From the NCBI GenBank assembly GCA_964016885.1, contig OZ024745.1, forward strand, positions 90,706,001 through 90,770,000: 64,000 bases of DNA, written 5' to 3'. The position numbers and the translations under genes were made by a program. Origin of the DNA: Eledone cirrhosa (taxonomy: Eukaryota). Shown here in pieces: positions 1 to 13,950 of the stretch. Each line of letters opens with the position of its first letter. Within the stretch, counting starts at the first letter, position 1. Under the pieces are notes generated by a model. That model worked only from the letters and a program-made list of their open reading frames with translations, was not told where the DNA came from and did no database searches.

Positions 1-27
1 CTTCCTAATGCCAACCACATTTACAGT

Positions 28-445
28 GTGGATTGGGCACTTTTTGTTGTGACACCTACACAAACACTTTACAACGTGGATTGGGCACTTTTTGTTGTGA
101 CACCTACACAAACACTTTACAACGTGGATTGGGCACTTTTTGTTGTGACACCTACACAAACACTTTACAACGTGGATTGGGCACTTTTTGTTGTGACACC
201 TACACAAACACTTTACAACGTGGATTGGGCACTTTTTGTTGTGACACCTACACAAACACTTTACAACGTGGATTGGGCACTTTTTGTTGTGACGCCTACA
301 CAAACACTTTACAACGTGGATTGGGCACTTTTTGTTGTGACACCTACACAAACACTTTACAACGTGGATTGGGCACTTTTTGTTGTGACGCCTACACGAA
401 CACTTTACAACGTGGATTGGGCACTTTTTGTTGTGACACCTACTT
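28..445. repeat. 48-bp minisatellite (~9 copies) derived from the RTE-type 3' end repeat
   Basis: unit gtggattgggcactttttgttgtgacacctacacaaacactttacaac at 28, 76, 124...412; preceded by cttcctaatgccaaccacatttacagt as in the RTE 3' UTR (minus). Confidence 0.95.
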
Positions 446-857
446 TATAGTGAGGGATGGGCACTTTTGTTGTGGTTCCAGAGGGACCACTTCATGGTGT
501 GAAATGGGAACTTGGGTGGGTGGCGAAGAAGCTTGGAGAAATTGAGGACATAGGTATAGGGGAGGGATGATTACAGCAAAGGAGATGTCTGGGAGGGGTG
601 ATGGTAGGTGTTGACTTGACTACTAGATATATGCCTCTGCTCGAGCATATATATACACAAAGGTACACACACACACAAATTACACATACAATCATTCCAA
701 TAATGTCCTGGGTTAGATGAATCTGCAATCCAACATCTTAATTTATTTCAATTCTACGTCTTATCACCTGAGAAGCAACATTCTCAGATTTCTTTATATA
801 TCTTCCCCCTACGTTTTCCCTCGTCTAGCTGTCTCAACAACTCCCCATCATGAACAG

Positions 858-859
<2 letters not shown>

Positions 860-904
<45 letters not shown>

Positions 905-967
905 TGCATATATGCACATACAAATTGATATGTAAACGTGTGTGCACAAGTGGTGGGGGTGGGGTGA

Positions 968-1007
<40 letters not shown>

Positions 1008-1017
1008 CACACACATA

Positions 1018-1055
<38 letters not shown>

Positions 1056-2266
1056 ATGGGCATGGATGGACACACATTTTTTTTATTGAGGGGGAGGGCC
1101 TTTTTTACATCCAAGTGAATCTACGCATATAAACATACATATGTTTAATAGCGAACATAGGAATTCTAGGATATATGTAATATATTCTCATGTGATGTGT
1201 GTGATGCATCTGTGCACATCAGGCCTATGTGCATTTGGTAGGGGGCAAGGGTGTGCAAGGTTCAATATAATTATTCAAAAAAATTTTAAATAAACAACCA
1301 ATAAAAACGTTAATTAGTCATTCACAAGTGAAATTTAACCCACATCACTCAATGCTCTTCCGAAACACTCGTAGTACTATATACACTAATTATTGAGAAA
1401 ATGAGATCGTTAAGCAGGAAACAGATATTGGGGGGGGGGGGGGTCTGTGTAGGTGTATATTAACATATGCTTACATCACTTAATGCATGTGGTTGAGTGT
1501 GTGGTGCGTTGAATCGTTATGAGCATATAACTGCATATATGCAACTGTCTGAATAAATGTATGCAACTGTGTATGAGCATGCATGCATACCATCATTATC
1601 ATTATCATCGTTTTATGTCTGCTTATCTATACTTGCATGGGTTGGATGGGTCTTTTCCACCACAGCACCTCTTCACTTGGTGCGTTTCTTCATTTACACA
1701 CACATATGTGTGTATTAGTATGCATGTTTGCAATATGAATGTATACATATTGCAAATATGCATGCTTATACATATATAAATACACACACACACATATATA
1801 TATATACATAAACATATATATATAAATACACACACACACATGTGTGTATTAGTATGCATGTTTGCAATATGAATGTATACATATTGCAAATATGCATGCT
1901 TATACATATATATATATAAATACACACACACACACACACATATATATACATAAACATATATATACACACACAGAGACACATACATACACACATATATATA
2001 TATACACACACACACACATACATACACACACATATATATACAAACACACAATCATACATACACACACACATATATACACAGACACACACATACACACACA
2101 TATATACACACATACATACACATATATATACAAACATACATAGATATACACACACACATATACATACATACACACACAATCATACATACATACACACACA
2201 CATCATACATACACACACACACACAATCATACATACATACATACACACACACATACATACATACAT

Positions 2267-2310
<44 letters not shown>
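860..2310. repeat. compound (TG)n/(TA)n/(CA)n microsatellite field
   Basis: direct inspection; includes a ~140-bp local duplication at ~1698-1940. Confidence 0.9.
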
Positions 2311-2316
<6 letters not shown>

Positions 2317-2389
2317 ATAATAATAATAATAAGATCCTGTTAAGGGTGAAAGTAGCGATTCTTTGCTTAAACTTTAATCTGTTATTTTA

Positions 2390-2447
<58 letters not shown>

Positions 2448-2748
2448 TTAGCGCTGATGTTGAATGCTATATGTGATCTATATTGTTGATATACGATGTA
2501 AGTTATATATTTTGCACTCAGCCTCACCGCTATGTCCGGGTCAGTATAAAATCTTTTCCTGGGTCCTGTATTTTCGTTGCTCTAGTGATGCGGTTGGACT
2601 GCCGACCGCTATATCTGATTTGCTAAGCTGTCTGAACGTAATGTTATTACTCTGGGGTCTTTTCTCATCTGAGTGCTCAAGCTACAGACCGATTATGCAT
2701 ATACGCTAGCTCGGCTGTATTCTAAAGCTTCGTCAATGCTGTACTAAA

Positions 2749-2800
<52 letters not shown>

Positions 2801-2803
<3 letters not shown>

Positions 2804-3155
2804 AAGGGCATCAAGCCGTAGAAACTAAGCCAAATCAGTTCTGAGTGAGCGAATCACGGCCCCCTGACCTAATCCCTCACAAAAGAACAGCCGGTCCTAC
2901 CCATGCTAGCATGAAAGATGGACGTTAAATGATGATGATGATGTATATATATTCGCTCACACAGAACTGATTTGGCTTAGTTTCTACAGCTGGATGCCCT
3001 TCCTAACCACATTTAGTGTGTGCTGGGTGCTTTTAGTCGTGACACCTACATGACCACGTGTGGACTGGGTGCTTTTTGTCGCGACACATACACAACCACT
3101 TCACATTGCGGACTGGGTGCTCACTTTTGTCATGACACCTACATGACCACTATAG
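2801..3155. mobile_element. two RTE-type 3' end repeats in opposite orientation between TA runs
   Basis: aggaagggcatc...ggacgttaaatgatgatgat on plus (2801-2943) and its reverse complement from 2951. Confidence 0.75.
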
Positions 3156-3159
3156 TGGG

Positions 3160-3211
<52 letters not shown>

Positions 3212-3600
3212 ATACTTTGGTAGGGTCATGCTACCAATAAAAACACACACACACCTGTTGGTTTTAACTTATCATAGATTTCTGGGTGGTTGTTTATTAG
3301 TTGCAAAGCTCTTTCATCACATATTCTGTGATCTCAGTGACTAATTTGTTATTTTGTGTTTCTCCTTTGTTCTCTCCTACACCATCTTGGTTTTGCATGG
3401 TGGTGTCAGTGGTTACTTGTTAAGTAATTAATTAGAAACTTTCTCCAACACAACAACGAATACAACAATAACAATATCCATCACTAATGATAACATTTGA
3501 AATCTATTAAGCAGCACTGGAGGAAGAAAAAAACTAGCTGTTGCATGAATAGGGGTCAAAATATGAGAGGGGGATACCCAAACCCCAAAATCATTAAAAA

Positions 3601-3661
<61 letters not shown>

Positions 3662-4666
3662 GGTGTTTGAATTGATTGGAGTTGAGTGAGTCATTTAGAC
3701 AAGTCATACCTGCTTTCTATAAAGATAACACTATTAACCTTACCCACACACACACCTTTTCCAATACATATCTAAGTGAAAATATTAAAACTATTGAAGA
3801 AAAATGGAAAACTAAAAATAAAATATGACCTCTACAGAAAGATTCTTCAGGTTACACTTAACAGGTATATAAAACTAATGGGGAGGGAGGGTTTACCTGG
3901 AACTTCAAAGTTGGGGAAGAGGAGGAAGAGAAAGTGGTTGTAGTAATAAAGAAGATGAAAAAAATATACCAAGATTATATGTAAGATTATATATATATAC
4001 ACACACACAAACACAAGACACACACACAACAACACACACATATATATAGACAGCTAGATCCATCAATCCATCCATGGGCCCTCAACTCCTGGTAGAATCA
4101 TGTGGGTGCCATACAGCCTACAGTGAGCCAATGTACTAGAGAAGATCCTGCCAACCTAGGCAAATAAGGAAATTCAAACAGATGATGAAGACACGCATCA
4201 CATACACAAATGTGTGCGTGATGTGTGTAATGTATATATCCACCTCAATTAACATCGTTCTAAAGAGAGAAATATCTTTTCCTTGTCACTAGAGAGATTG
4301 GGGGGGGGGGGGGGGGGTTGAAAGAATCAGATCAGAATAAAAATAGATTGACCAAAAAAAACCCAGCAAAATCAGCAAAGAAAACAAGAAAATCATTGGG
4401 TTAAAACAAAGAACATATATAAAATCACTCTAATCAGCGTGACAGGGGTGCGTGTATAAAAAATAAATATATGGGAAGAGCAAAAAGTAAGAACATCAAA
4501 TATAATATACAAAGTGAAATGGGATGATGTAGAGAGGTTAGTGAGAAATACAATCATAATAGTAATTCTAATTAAATGGACTAAGTGGTTCCGTTGTATT
4601 TTACTGTTATATATTTTACAATTACATGTGTCTGTGTGTGCACACATATACACAAGCATGTTCGCA

Positions 4667-4732
<66 letters not shown>

Positions 4733-5107
4733 CCCCCCCACACACACAAACATTCATTCACACACACACGAATATACATTCACACACACGAATATACATT
4801 CACACATACAAATATAGATTCACACACACAAATATATATCAACATTCACAAATATATCTTAACACAAATGCATGTATATATATATTCACACAAATGTGTA
4901 TGCAAACACACACACCAAATATATATTCACACAAACGTGTGCAAGGGCAAACGCGTACACACTAAATATATTTGCAAACACACACACCAAATATATATTC
5001 ACACACACACACAGGCGTAAATGTGTAGGTGCACACATGAAATTTTCTCCCTCTCCGTCTCTCATGCACACACACACAAATATGTATATATGCAAATATT
5101 TCCTCTT

Positions 5108-5138
<31 letters not shown>

Positions 5139-5489
5139 CACGTTTCATCTATCCATATTAGATGTCCGAACCAACACAGTAGTCAATCAATACTGAGTTA
5201 CTTTCCTAAAGTATTTGCACTCACCCCGTTTCTCTTAAATTAACATTCTGTGCCACACATACATGAGACAATACGCCACCCAATAACAAATGCTGTGTAT
5301 TTGCAACCCATATTCCTTAGGTGAATGGTATCCAATTTCTCATATGCATATCACAATATTACACATTTCATTGCCTTCATGGGTACTAATTGCCCCTAAA
5401 GTTTCCCTTCTCCTTTGAACTATGGCCTCCATCCTCCCATAAGCACCACCACCAGTATTTACAATTCTCTTGAAATATCAGGAATTTAT

Positions 5490-6655
5490 CTACAGATTCT
5501 ATAGATACATCTAAGCAGTTCTTGGTTGTTCAGCAGTTTCATACCACTTCACTGCAGCTAGTTCTACAGATTCCAGTGCAGCCAGTTCTATAGATACATC
5601 TAAGCAGTTCTTGGTTGTTCAGCAGTTTCATACCACTTCACTGCAGCTAGTTCTACAGATTCCAGTGCAGCCAGTTCTATAGATACATCTAAGCAGTTCT
5701 TGGTTGTTCAGCAGTTTCATACCACTTTACTGCAGCCAGTTCTACAGATTCCAGTGCAGCCAGTTCTACAGATTCCAGTGCAGCCAGTTCTATAGATTCT
5801 ATAGATACATCTAAGCAGTTTTTGGTTGTTCAGCAGTTTCATACCACTTCACTGCAGCCAGTTCTACAGATTCCAGTGCAGCCAGTTCTATTGATTCTAT
5901 AGATACATCTAAGCAGTTCTTGGTTGCTCAGCAGTTTCATACCACTTCACTGCAGCCAGTTCTACAGATTCCAGTGCAGCCAGTTCTATAGATTCTATAG
6001 ATACATCTAAGCAGTTCTTGGTTGTTCAGCAGTTTCATACCACTTCACTGCAGCCAGTTCTACAGATTCCAGTGCAGCCAGTTCTATAGATTCTATAGAT
6101 ACATCTAAGCAGTTTTTGGTCGTTCAGCAGTTTCATACCACTTCACTGCAGCCAGTTCTACAGATTCCAGTGCAGCCAGTTCTATAGATTCTATAGATAC
6201 ATCTAAGCAGTTCTTGGTTGTTCAGCAGTTTCATACCACTTCACTGCAGCTAGTTCTACAGATTCCAGTGCAGCCAGTTCTATAGATACATCTAAGCAGT
6301 TCTTGGTTGTTCAGCAGTTTCATACCACTTTACTGCAGCCAGTTCTACAGATTCCAGTGCAGCCAGTTCTACAGATTCCAGTGCAGCCAGTTCTATAGAT
6401 TCTATAGATACATCTAAGCAGTTCTTGGTTGTTCAGCAGTTTCATACCACTTCACTGCAGCCAGTTCTACAGATTCCAGTGCAGCCAGTTCTATAGATTC
6501 TATAGATACATCTAAGCAGTTTTTGGTTGTTCAGCAGTTTCATACCACTTCACTGCAGCCAGTTCTACAGATTCCAGTGCAGCCAGTTCTATAGATTCTA
6601 TAGATACATCTAAGCAGTTTTTGGTTGTTCAGCAGTTTCATACCACTCCAGTGCA
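5490..6655. repeat. modular minisatellite, ~12 units of 89/98/122 bp
   Basis: agatacatctaagcag recurs at ~5503, 5592, 5681, 5803, 5901, 5999, 6097, 6195, 6284, 6406, 6504, 6602. Confidence 0.95.
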
Positions 6656-7831
6656 ACTAATGTACCTTAATTTTCTGATTTCTTCCCAGAAATCTCACTG
6701 CACTTTCATACGTTTGTTAGTACTAATTACAAATTATTAAATTCTTGCCTCTTCACTCCCTAAATACTCATCAAAGTCACTTCTCTGAAACAACTGGCCT
6801 TCTGTGACCCCTGCTATTGGTTTAATATGAACAGTCTTCATCAGCCACCTTCAGGGCAGCTGACAAAAGTGTACTCTTACCAATCTCTCTCACACACACA
6901 CATTGTGCATGGCAAGCAGAATTGATTTTCATTAATTAATCTTCAAGTGTAAATATGGCTTAGCAAGAGATCAGCTGCCAATAATATATATATATCTGTA
7001 CTGTGGTCAATGCTTATAGATTTAACCTCGATGACCTGCTCCTAGCTAGCATATCAACTTCAACTTAACTCCAGTCAAAATAACCAGTCAAAATCAATGA
7101 AGCAGCTAGCATAGTGAAAGCTAATAGACTGCATCAGATTTCTTATAAGTGCAAAATATGACGGTGGTGATGGTAGTGGTCCTATTAATAATAATGGAGG
7201 TGATTTTTTTTTGGAGTAGACACAAAGCAAATTTTCCTAAGAAGAGATATATGATTAACTACCCTTAAAGCAGTCAACTTTCTGAGAATGGTGAAAAGTG
7301 AAAATGAAGATGACAATGATGATGTTTACACACACACACACATTATAGTTGTGAAGTTATACCAGTGATTTGGGAGCTCAGGAGTTTCATGTTTATACTA
7401 TGTACATGTGTTACACTATATGCTTATATTCCGTAAACTAAGGTATTTCATATTTTTAGGGAACATTTTGTTTTGTTTTTTGGAATCACCTCATGTCAAT
7501 TACACCCTGAATCTATTTCCCATAAAAGCTACACAGGTAAAAATATGAGAAGATACAAATATATTTAAAGGGTTGCTCAGTTTGGTGCTTTTTCAATGCT
7601 ATGCCAAAAATATGTAAAACATTTACTGCGACACTTGTTGAGTGTAGCCAGGTTGCATTTTTTGTCCATTTTCGACTGTGTACATGCAGGAGTGAAGGTT
7701 GGGCCCTGCCAATTTTACATGCTCAGGTACAGTACATCAAAAAGATGGAACCTTTAATGGTGCCCCAAATAGATAAAGAGATTCATAAGCACCCTCTCTC
7801 TCTCTCTCACACACACACATACATACTACAC

Positions 7832-7888
<57 letters not shown>

Positions 7889-8651
7889 AATATATATATA
7901 TATATATCATCTAAAATCATATTCTGTTTCAGCATTGCTGCATTGAAGTGTTTTGTTAAAAATGAAATCAATTAATGGAAAGTTTCAGATAAACTTACTG
8001 AAGCAAACCATATTAATAACATGAACAGCCTCTTAACTTTATAATATTAACAATTTATGTAGCTAGACCAACAAGCTTGACTTTTGATAATCTACTTAAA
8101 AGTTGTTTTTTTTAAACTAACAAGTAAAGCTATCCTAACCTTAGATTTACATAAAAGATGGCAGAATATCTTTTGAAGATGTTCAATCAAAAAGGTTTTT
8201 AAAAAAAACAACTGGTTAATGAAACCAGAGTTTTCATAATGAGTTTTCTACTTGCAATTATTCAACAGTAAAACTATTACAGTTCAGAAATATTTCTCTA
8301 GTCAAGTTATGAGGGTTTTCATAATAAACAGACATAAATGAACAGTTTTTTTTTTATGTGTGTGAGAGGAAGAGAGAGATAGGCACAGAGAAATAGAGAG
8401 AGGAGGAGAGAAGAAAAAGCATATGTGAAGGCACAGAAGGAGTGGTGAAATATTCAGCAACTGAGAGGAAATGAGGTGGTGTGTAAGCTGCCTAAGATAC
8501 AGGAATTAGAAGAGAGAGAAGAGAGAGAGAACAAATAAATGAAAGACATTTTCATTATGTCTCAATGTTAGTAAAGAATATGAAAGTATATAATAGAATT
8601 TTTTTCAAAACATAATATCAGACATGACAAGTGTGATAGGTATTACATTAA

Positions 8652-8872
8652 CCCTTTAGCATTTACATCACTCTATATTAGGCTAAAATTCTCTCACCTC
8701 TTTCTGTTCAAAATGGCCATAACTGGCCACTCATACTGACATTAAGGTATTGTTCTCAAAATAAATAACATCAAAATCTCGTACATTTAGTATTATGTGA
8801 GATAGTTATGTAAGATAAAGTCTTTACCACAAAAATACAATCGTATATATAAGGTAATGTAAATCTAAAGGG
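8652..8872. mobile_element. TTAA-flanked MITE (piggyBac-like)
   Basis: TTAA|CCCTTTAG...CTAAAGGG|TTAA; second full copy at 34305-34525, partial inverted copies ~34690-34807 and ~27590-27643. Confidence 0.8.
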
Positions 8873-9039
8873 TTAACACAGGGTATTCTAATAGAATCTC
8901 AAAATATACTGGGCTGCACTACAATTTAACCACAAGCTTGGTCTTTGGCTGCACTATAATTTAACAAGCTTGAATCAATCAAAAACTATTTTTATTTCAT
9001 TTCTGTGTGTTTTAATTGATTGTGGTTCATTATCTAGAC

Positions 9040-9377
9040 CAGGGGTTCTTAACCTTTTTTTCGCTGTGGACCACCAAAATAAGTATTTTTTTCCTGTGGA
9101 CCACCTAAACTTTTAAATCTTTTGTAATAGAACTGCTACTTATAAGCATCAGTAGATGTTTTTTTTCAATGAATTAGAAAATGCTATTATCATGTCGCAG
9201 TGCCTAAAAATCTACGCAAATAAACAGCTGAAGTCGTACTTATGCGAAGAATAAGAACAGCGCTTTAAGTCAAATGCATGGATCAAAAAAGAATTTGCTA
9301 TTGAAAGTTTTCTGTGGACCACCTGAATTTTCCTGTGGACCACTAGTGGTCCACATGGATCAGGTTGAGAACCCCTG
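9040..9377. mobile_element. hAT (Charlie-like) MITE
   Basis: TIRs caggggttcttaacct / aggttgagaacccctg; exact 8-bp TSD ATCTAGAC at 9032-9039 and 9378-9385. Confidence 0.92.
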
Positions 9378-9424
9378 ATCTAGACCACGAGTTAGCCTAG
9401 AAATTATTAATTATCTTCTAAAGC

Positions 9425-9710
9425 TATGTTGGTGCCACAACATCCAGGCCGAAACAAATGAGATCGTGTAGGTGTCACGACAAAAAAAATACACAGTCCA
9501 CGCTGTAATGTGGCCGTGTAGGCAACACGGTAAAAACCTCCCAGCCCCACACTGTAAATGTGGTTGGTGTTAGGAAGGGCATCCAGCTGTAGAAAACCCG
9601 CCAGACAGTCCTATGCGAGCAAGACAATCACTCTTGCCTCAAGTGGGAAAACTCCCGTCCAAACCCATGCAAGCGTGGAACACGGACGTTAAACGATGAT
9701 GATGATGATA
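9425..9710 (+). mobile_element. 5'-truncated RTE LINE 3' UTR with (GAT)n tail
   Basis: co-linear with the 3' UTRs at ~50175-50480 and ~62335-62620; related copies at ~10050-10220, 28740-28980, 41680-41900, 42380-42610 and 63830-63985 (minus). Confidence 0.85.
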
Positions 9711-10810
9711 GGAAATCCTACAGAAAAAGCCAGACAACTGAGATATCTCCATATCTCCTTTGACATACTTCTAACAATGACATCAAAATGGTAAAAGACA
9801 TTGAGTTCTTGACAGAACTATAAGTTTCTGTTTTACTTTCTTGAGCTATAAGCATAGATATAACTGTTTTATTGAGAAGTTCTGCATCTATGTGGTTTTA
9901 GGTTTTATGTGGTTTTAGGATTGATCCAACTGCACAGCATCTTAAACCAGTTTTCTACTATACATTCAGGTTGACCAAAATGAAATTTGGCAGATAGAAA
10001 CAATGTAGACGACCACTGGAAGAACTGATTTAATCGATTGTCCACCAAAGCCCCCAGCCCACACTATAAAGTGGTTAGCATTAGAAAGGGTATCCAGCTG
10101 TTGAAACCAAGCCAGAATCAGTTCTGCATGAATAACATGGCCATTTGACCGTGACTTGCTTCAAATAGGACAATCCGTCTAACCCATGCTAGTGTGGAAG
10201 ATGAATGTATGATGATGATCAGTTTAACACCATCGCCACTTGATTCTTGGGTACATTTTGCAGAATCCACTTAGTTTACTAGTCACAGAGGCCTTGAAGA
10301 GGGTATTGAGTGCTGCCCTATCCTCTTTTGATCATGTAATTAAAAAGCAATCCCATAATCATAAATAGCTGGCTGGATTCCATCAACCCAAATCCTCTTG
10401 GTGCTTTTCTACTATGACTGCATTAACTACTGAACATTGCAACAGGCTCATCTTGTGTCACTTTCACTCAGACACACTTAACTCACCCGTTTCTCTCTAG
10501 TTCTTGACACCCATACTGTGTCACTGCCACCATTTCCATTCCCTGCACTAACTCCTACACCCAGTCCTTCTTTCTCAAAAACCTTGTACCCAGGGGAATG
10601 TTCCTTTTGCAGCCATAAACTTGCAACTGTTCAACAAGAACATTAATCATATCAATTTCACCAGTCTGAGAGTCTGCAAAGGTGAAGGGCATAGCACTTT
10701 CCTCTAGATCAATCCAATAAAAAAAAATGATTTCTCATGTGAATATCTTCTAAATATTATTATCATCATCATCATTATTATTATCATTATTATTATCATT
10801 ATTATTATAT

Positions 10811-11109
10811 GTACTAGGTAGCTATAATCAACTTTCCCCTCGCCACAAATTGTTGGCCTTGTGCTTAAATCAGAAACCATTATTATTATTATATTGGCAG
10901 TATCAGTAGTGTGTCGGACATGTTTGAGGCACATAGTTATATCCCTTTACGTTCCGAGTTCAAATCCCGCTGAGGTTAACTTTGCCTTTCATCCTTACGG
11001 GGATGGATAAAATAAAGTACCAGTAATGCACTGGGATAGATTTAATTGACTTTCCTCTTACCCAAAATTTGCTGGCCTTGTGCCTAAATCAGAAACCATT
11101 ATTATTATT
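10811..11109 (+). mobile_element. tRNA-derived SINE (partial 3' copy followed by a near-full copy), ATT-associated family
   Basis: A-box-like ttggcagtatcag, B-box gagttcaaatcc, central gcctttcatccttacgggg, 3' ccttgtgcctaaatcagaaacc + (att)n. Confidence 0.85.
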
Positions 11110-11589
11110 CTTTGAGTCTCAGTCATTGATGTTAGTTAACTGGAAAGTTTGTTGAAATGAATATCAAGCCACTACCTGCAGTCTCAGATATTCAGGACGT
11201 ATCGGAGAGTTCTTGCTGTTCCCAGCAAGCATGCCTTTTGAACTGTTCCAAAAAGCGTGGCAGGGCCAATTTTCTTTAACCATCCCTGGAAACTTTTTGA
11301 GATAGTACCTAGTGCACCTATGACAATCGGGACCACTTTGACTTCATGGCAGTTCCAAATCCTTTTTACCTCCCACTTTAAGTCCTGGTATCGGTTAATT
11401 TTCTCCCTCTCCTTCTCTTGCACTCTTGTGTCGAATGGGCAGGCCACATCCACAATGAGGCACAATCTTTTTTCCTTGTCCAAAACCACCAGGTCAGGTC
11501 TATTGTGTTCCAGTTTCTTGTCCGTCTGTATCCTAAAATCCCATAGCACCTTCACCTGATCGTTTTCTATCACCGACTCTGGCTTATGC

Positions 11590-11590
<1 letters not shown>
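11110..11590 (-). mobile_element. 5'-truncated R4/Dong-clade non-LTR retrotransposon (RLE C-terminus)
   Basis: HKPESVIEND..VLWDF.IQTD....HNRPDLVVLDK...LIVDVACP....EK..EKI.RY: PD-(D/E)xK restriction-like endonuclease of R4/Dong/Rex6 type; near-identical to 24630-25110. Confidence 0.85.
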
Positions 11591-11628
<38 letters not shown>

Positions 11629-11844
11629 GTGAATGCCATGGTTGACGGAGGCTCGGCTCTGTAAGGTACAGTAATTTTTAACCGCTATAACAATTGTAAA
11701 TTGTTTAAAACTTTAACCAAATTGTAGATAAAAGCACCCTCCTCCTCGTGAGAGGGGTCTTTCTGCCCGTTATTTGGCCCTTCGGGGTTAAATAACCGCT
11801 TATTGGGTTTTGTGCCCAATATTCATTTTAAACTCAAAAAAAAC

Positions 11845-13916
11845 ATGGCTACAAAAAAGAATTTTCACAAGTCACTCCCACTCATTCCGTCGTCTTCTTC
11901 CTCAATCGTCACTACATCAGAGAGAAGATTGTCTCTCTTCCTCCCTTCTCTAAATGTGTCTCTCTCCCTCCCGTCTCTTTCGCAAGCGACGCCAGTAAAG
12001 AAAAAGAAAAATATAGTTTCTGAGTTTCCTCAAGCACGTGCAAACCAAGGAACATTTCTCCACAACAACGAATAATGTGTGCGGTAAATACGGAAAGCCA
12101 TTTCATTCATCTGACGTCGTGAATAATAGCAGTAGCAGCCGTAATAACAGCAGCAGCAGCAACAGTGACAAGGAAAACAATAGTAGCAGCTGCAACAGCA
12201 TCAGCAGCAGCATAAACAACACCAGCAGCAACAACAACAACCACAGCAACAACGGTGGCGGCAGTTATAGTACCAGCAGCAACAACAAAAGTAACAGCAG
12301 CTCTGACGACAACAACAACAACAAGAAAGAAAAACCAATCTCGTTTGCAGGCATCACAAAGAACCTGGAAACCATCCTTATAACAAATGAGGAATTACAG
12401 GAAGCAAGGAAGATGGTGATGAAAACCGGACACCGAGCAATATGCAATTTTTCGAAACCCAACAGCACTGTACGGTCACGTACCATACAGTAAGCACAAA
12501 ATCACGTAGGGTTGAAAGAGCCAAAGAGGCTCAAATACAAAAAGCCTTAGGGTCTGTGTGGCAGCGGAAAACGCATATCACCCGAGGCAAGAAATATGCC
12601 ACTGTAGACGTGCTTTTTGCCACACCCCAGGAGGCAAAGGCTCAATCCTTAGTGACCCTAAGGAGCGAGGAAATGGTGTTGGTGCCCTCCTACTGCGGGC
12701 AAAAAAATTGTGAGGGTCAAACTGACCCACATCCCCCCCGGGATGGCCCCTTCTTGGCTGGCCGCGTCTGTCCTCGTCGGAATCGAGGACAAAACAACTG
12801 TACTGCAAGTACAGAAAAAAGTAAGAGAAGATTGGGGCGGCACCTCCATTGAGACGTTAATCCAAACCAACCAGGAGTGCATCGAAGCTATCCCGGATGT
12901 GATAGACTTCGATAACGGCACTCAACTGCCCATAAGTGTTGAGGGGAAACGCCCGAAATGCTTTCGCTGTGGATCGAAGACTCACCTCAGGGCCTTCTGC
13001 AATGAGAAAGGAGAAAACCCCCCTCCTTCCGAAACCGGCTCCACTGCTACCAGCAACAGGACAAGCGGCAACCAGGAACGATAGGTCCGTGGCACCCATA
13101 CCCACGACACGGAAATCAAGAACAGCAGCAGCAGTGGAAGTATTAACAACAACAACAGTAATACCAACTGCAGCTGCAACAGAGACTCCACTGCAAACAT
13201 CACCAACAAGTGAAAGAGTGAAACTGGTACCCCTCCCCGACCTCACAGAATCAGACATAGAGTGTGAGGTGGGAGAGAGATGGCAAAAGGTCGCAAGAAG
13301 GCACAAACGCAGAAGCAGCGCATCGTCGCCTTCGAAAAGGGAGGAAAGAAATGAAAAAAGGGTAAAGGCTATTGCAAAGAGACTTACAGCAGCAACACCA
13401 CCAACACCATCACCACCCACACTAGCACCACCATCACCACCGGCGACAACCCCACCGCCAACAACAACAACACCTTCAACACCACCACCACAAACATCGC
13501 AAACACAACAAAACACACACACCCAGCAACAACGACAAGAAAATAGCAGAACCACACCCCACCCCCAGAAAAACAAATGCACGGCAATAAATACACACAA
13601 GAAACTAAAGACTTACATAATTGAACACACAGACATTTCACAGCACGACTACATAATACCAGCACCAATCAAAACACCAACGAACATAAGACTGGTAAGA
13701 ATAGCACAGAAACAATACACAAATATTAAAACGAAATTCCCCAACGCAGTTGGTGATTTCAGAGACCTAGGAGGGACTCTCAACCGGAGAGTATATTCGG
13801 ACATACTCATTGAAGAGCCGACGACCAGCCAAAGGGACGATTCAACGGTCCCTTCACCAGACGATCAAGTGAAAAGGAATGGAGAAACCATCCTTCCTCT
13901 ACGAAAAGTAAGGTAA
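11845..13916 (+). pseudogene. Tx1 ORF1 (gag-like, zinc knuckle), frameshifted
   Basis: successive plus-strand ORFs 11803, 12038, 12442, 12710, 12936; GKRPKCFRCGSKTHLRAFC knuckle; Ser/Asn and Pro/Thr low-complexity tracts. Confidence 0.7.
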
Positions 13917-13950
13917 GTGGTCTTTCCCATCTTTTCCACTCCATTTCAAC

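Noticed and set aside
28-545. 48-bp array as a CRISPR array or repetitive protein gene
   Set aside because: Units are contiguous with no unique spacers, no cas genes, eukaryotic context; the ORFs exist only because 48 is a multiple of 3
717-5243. Many short ORFs rich in YI, CV and HT dipeptides
   Set aside because: Translations of (TA)n, (TG)n and (CA)n microsatellites
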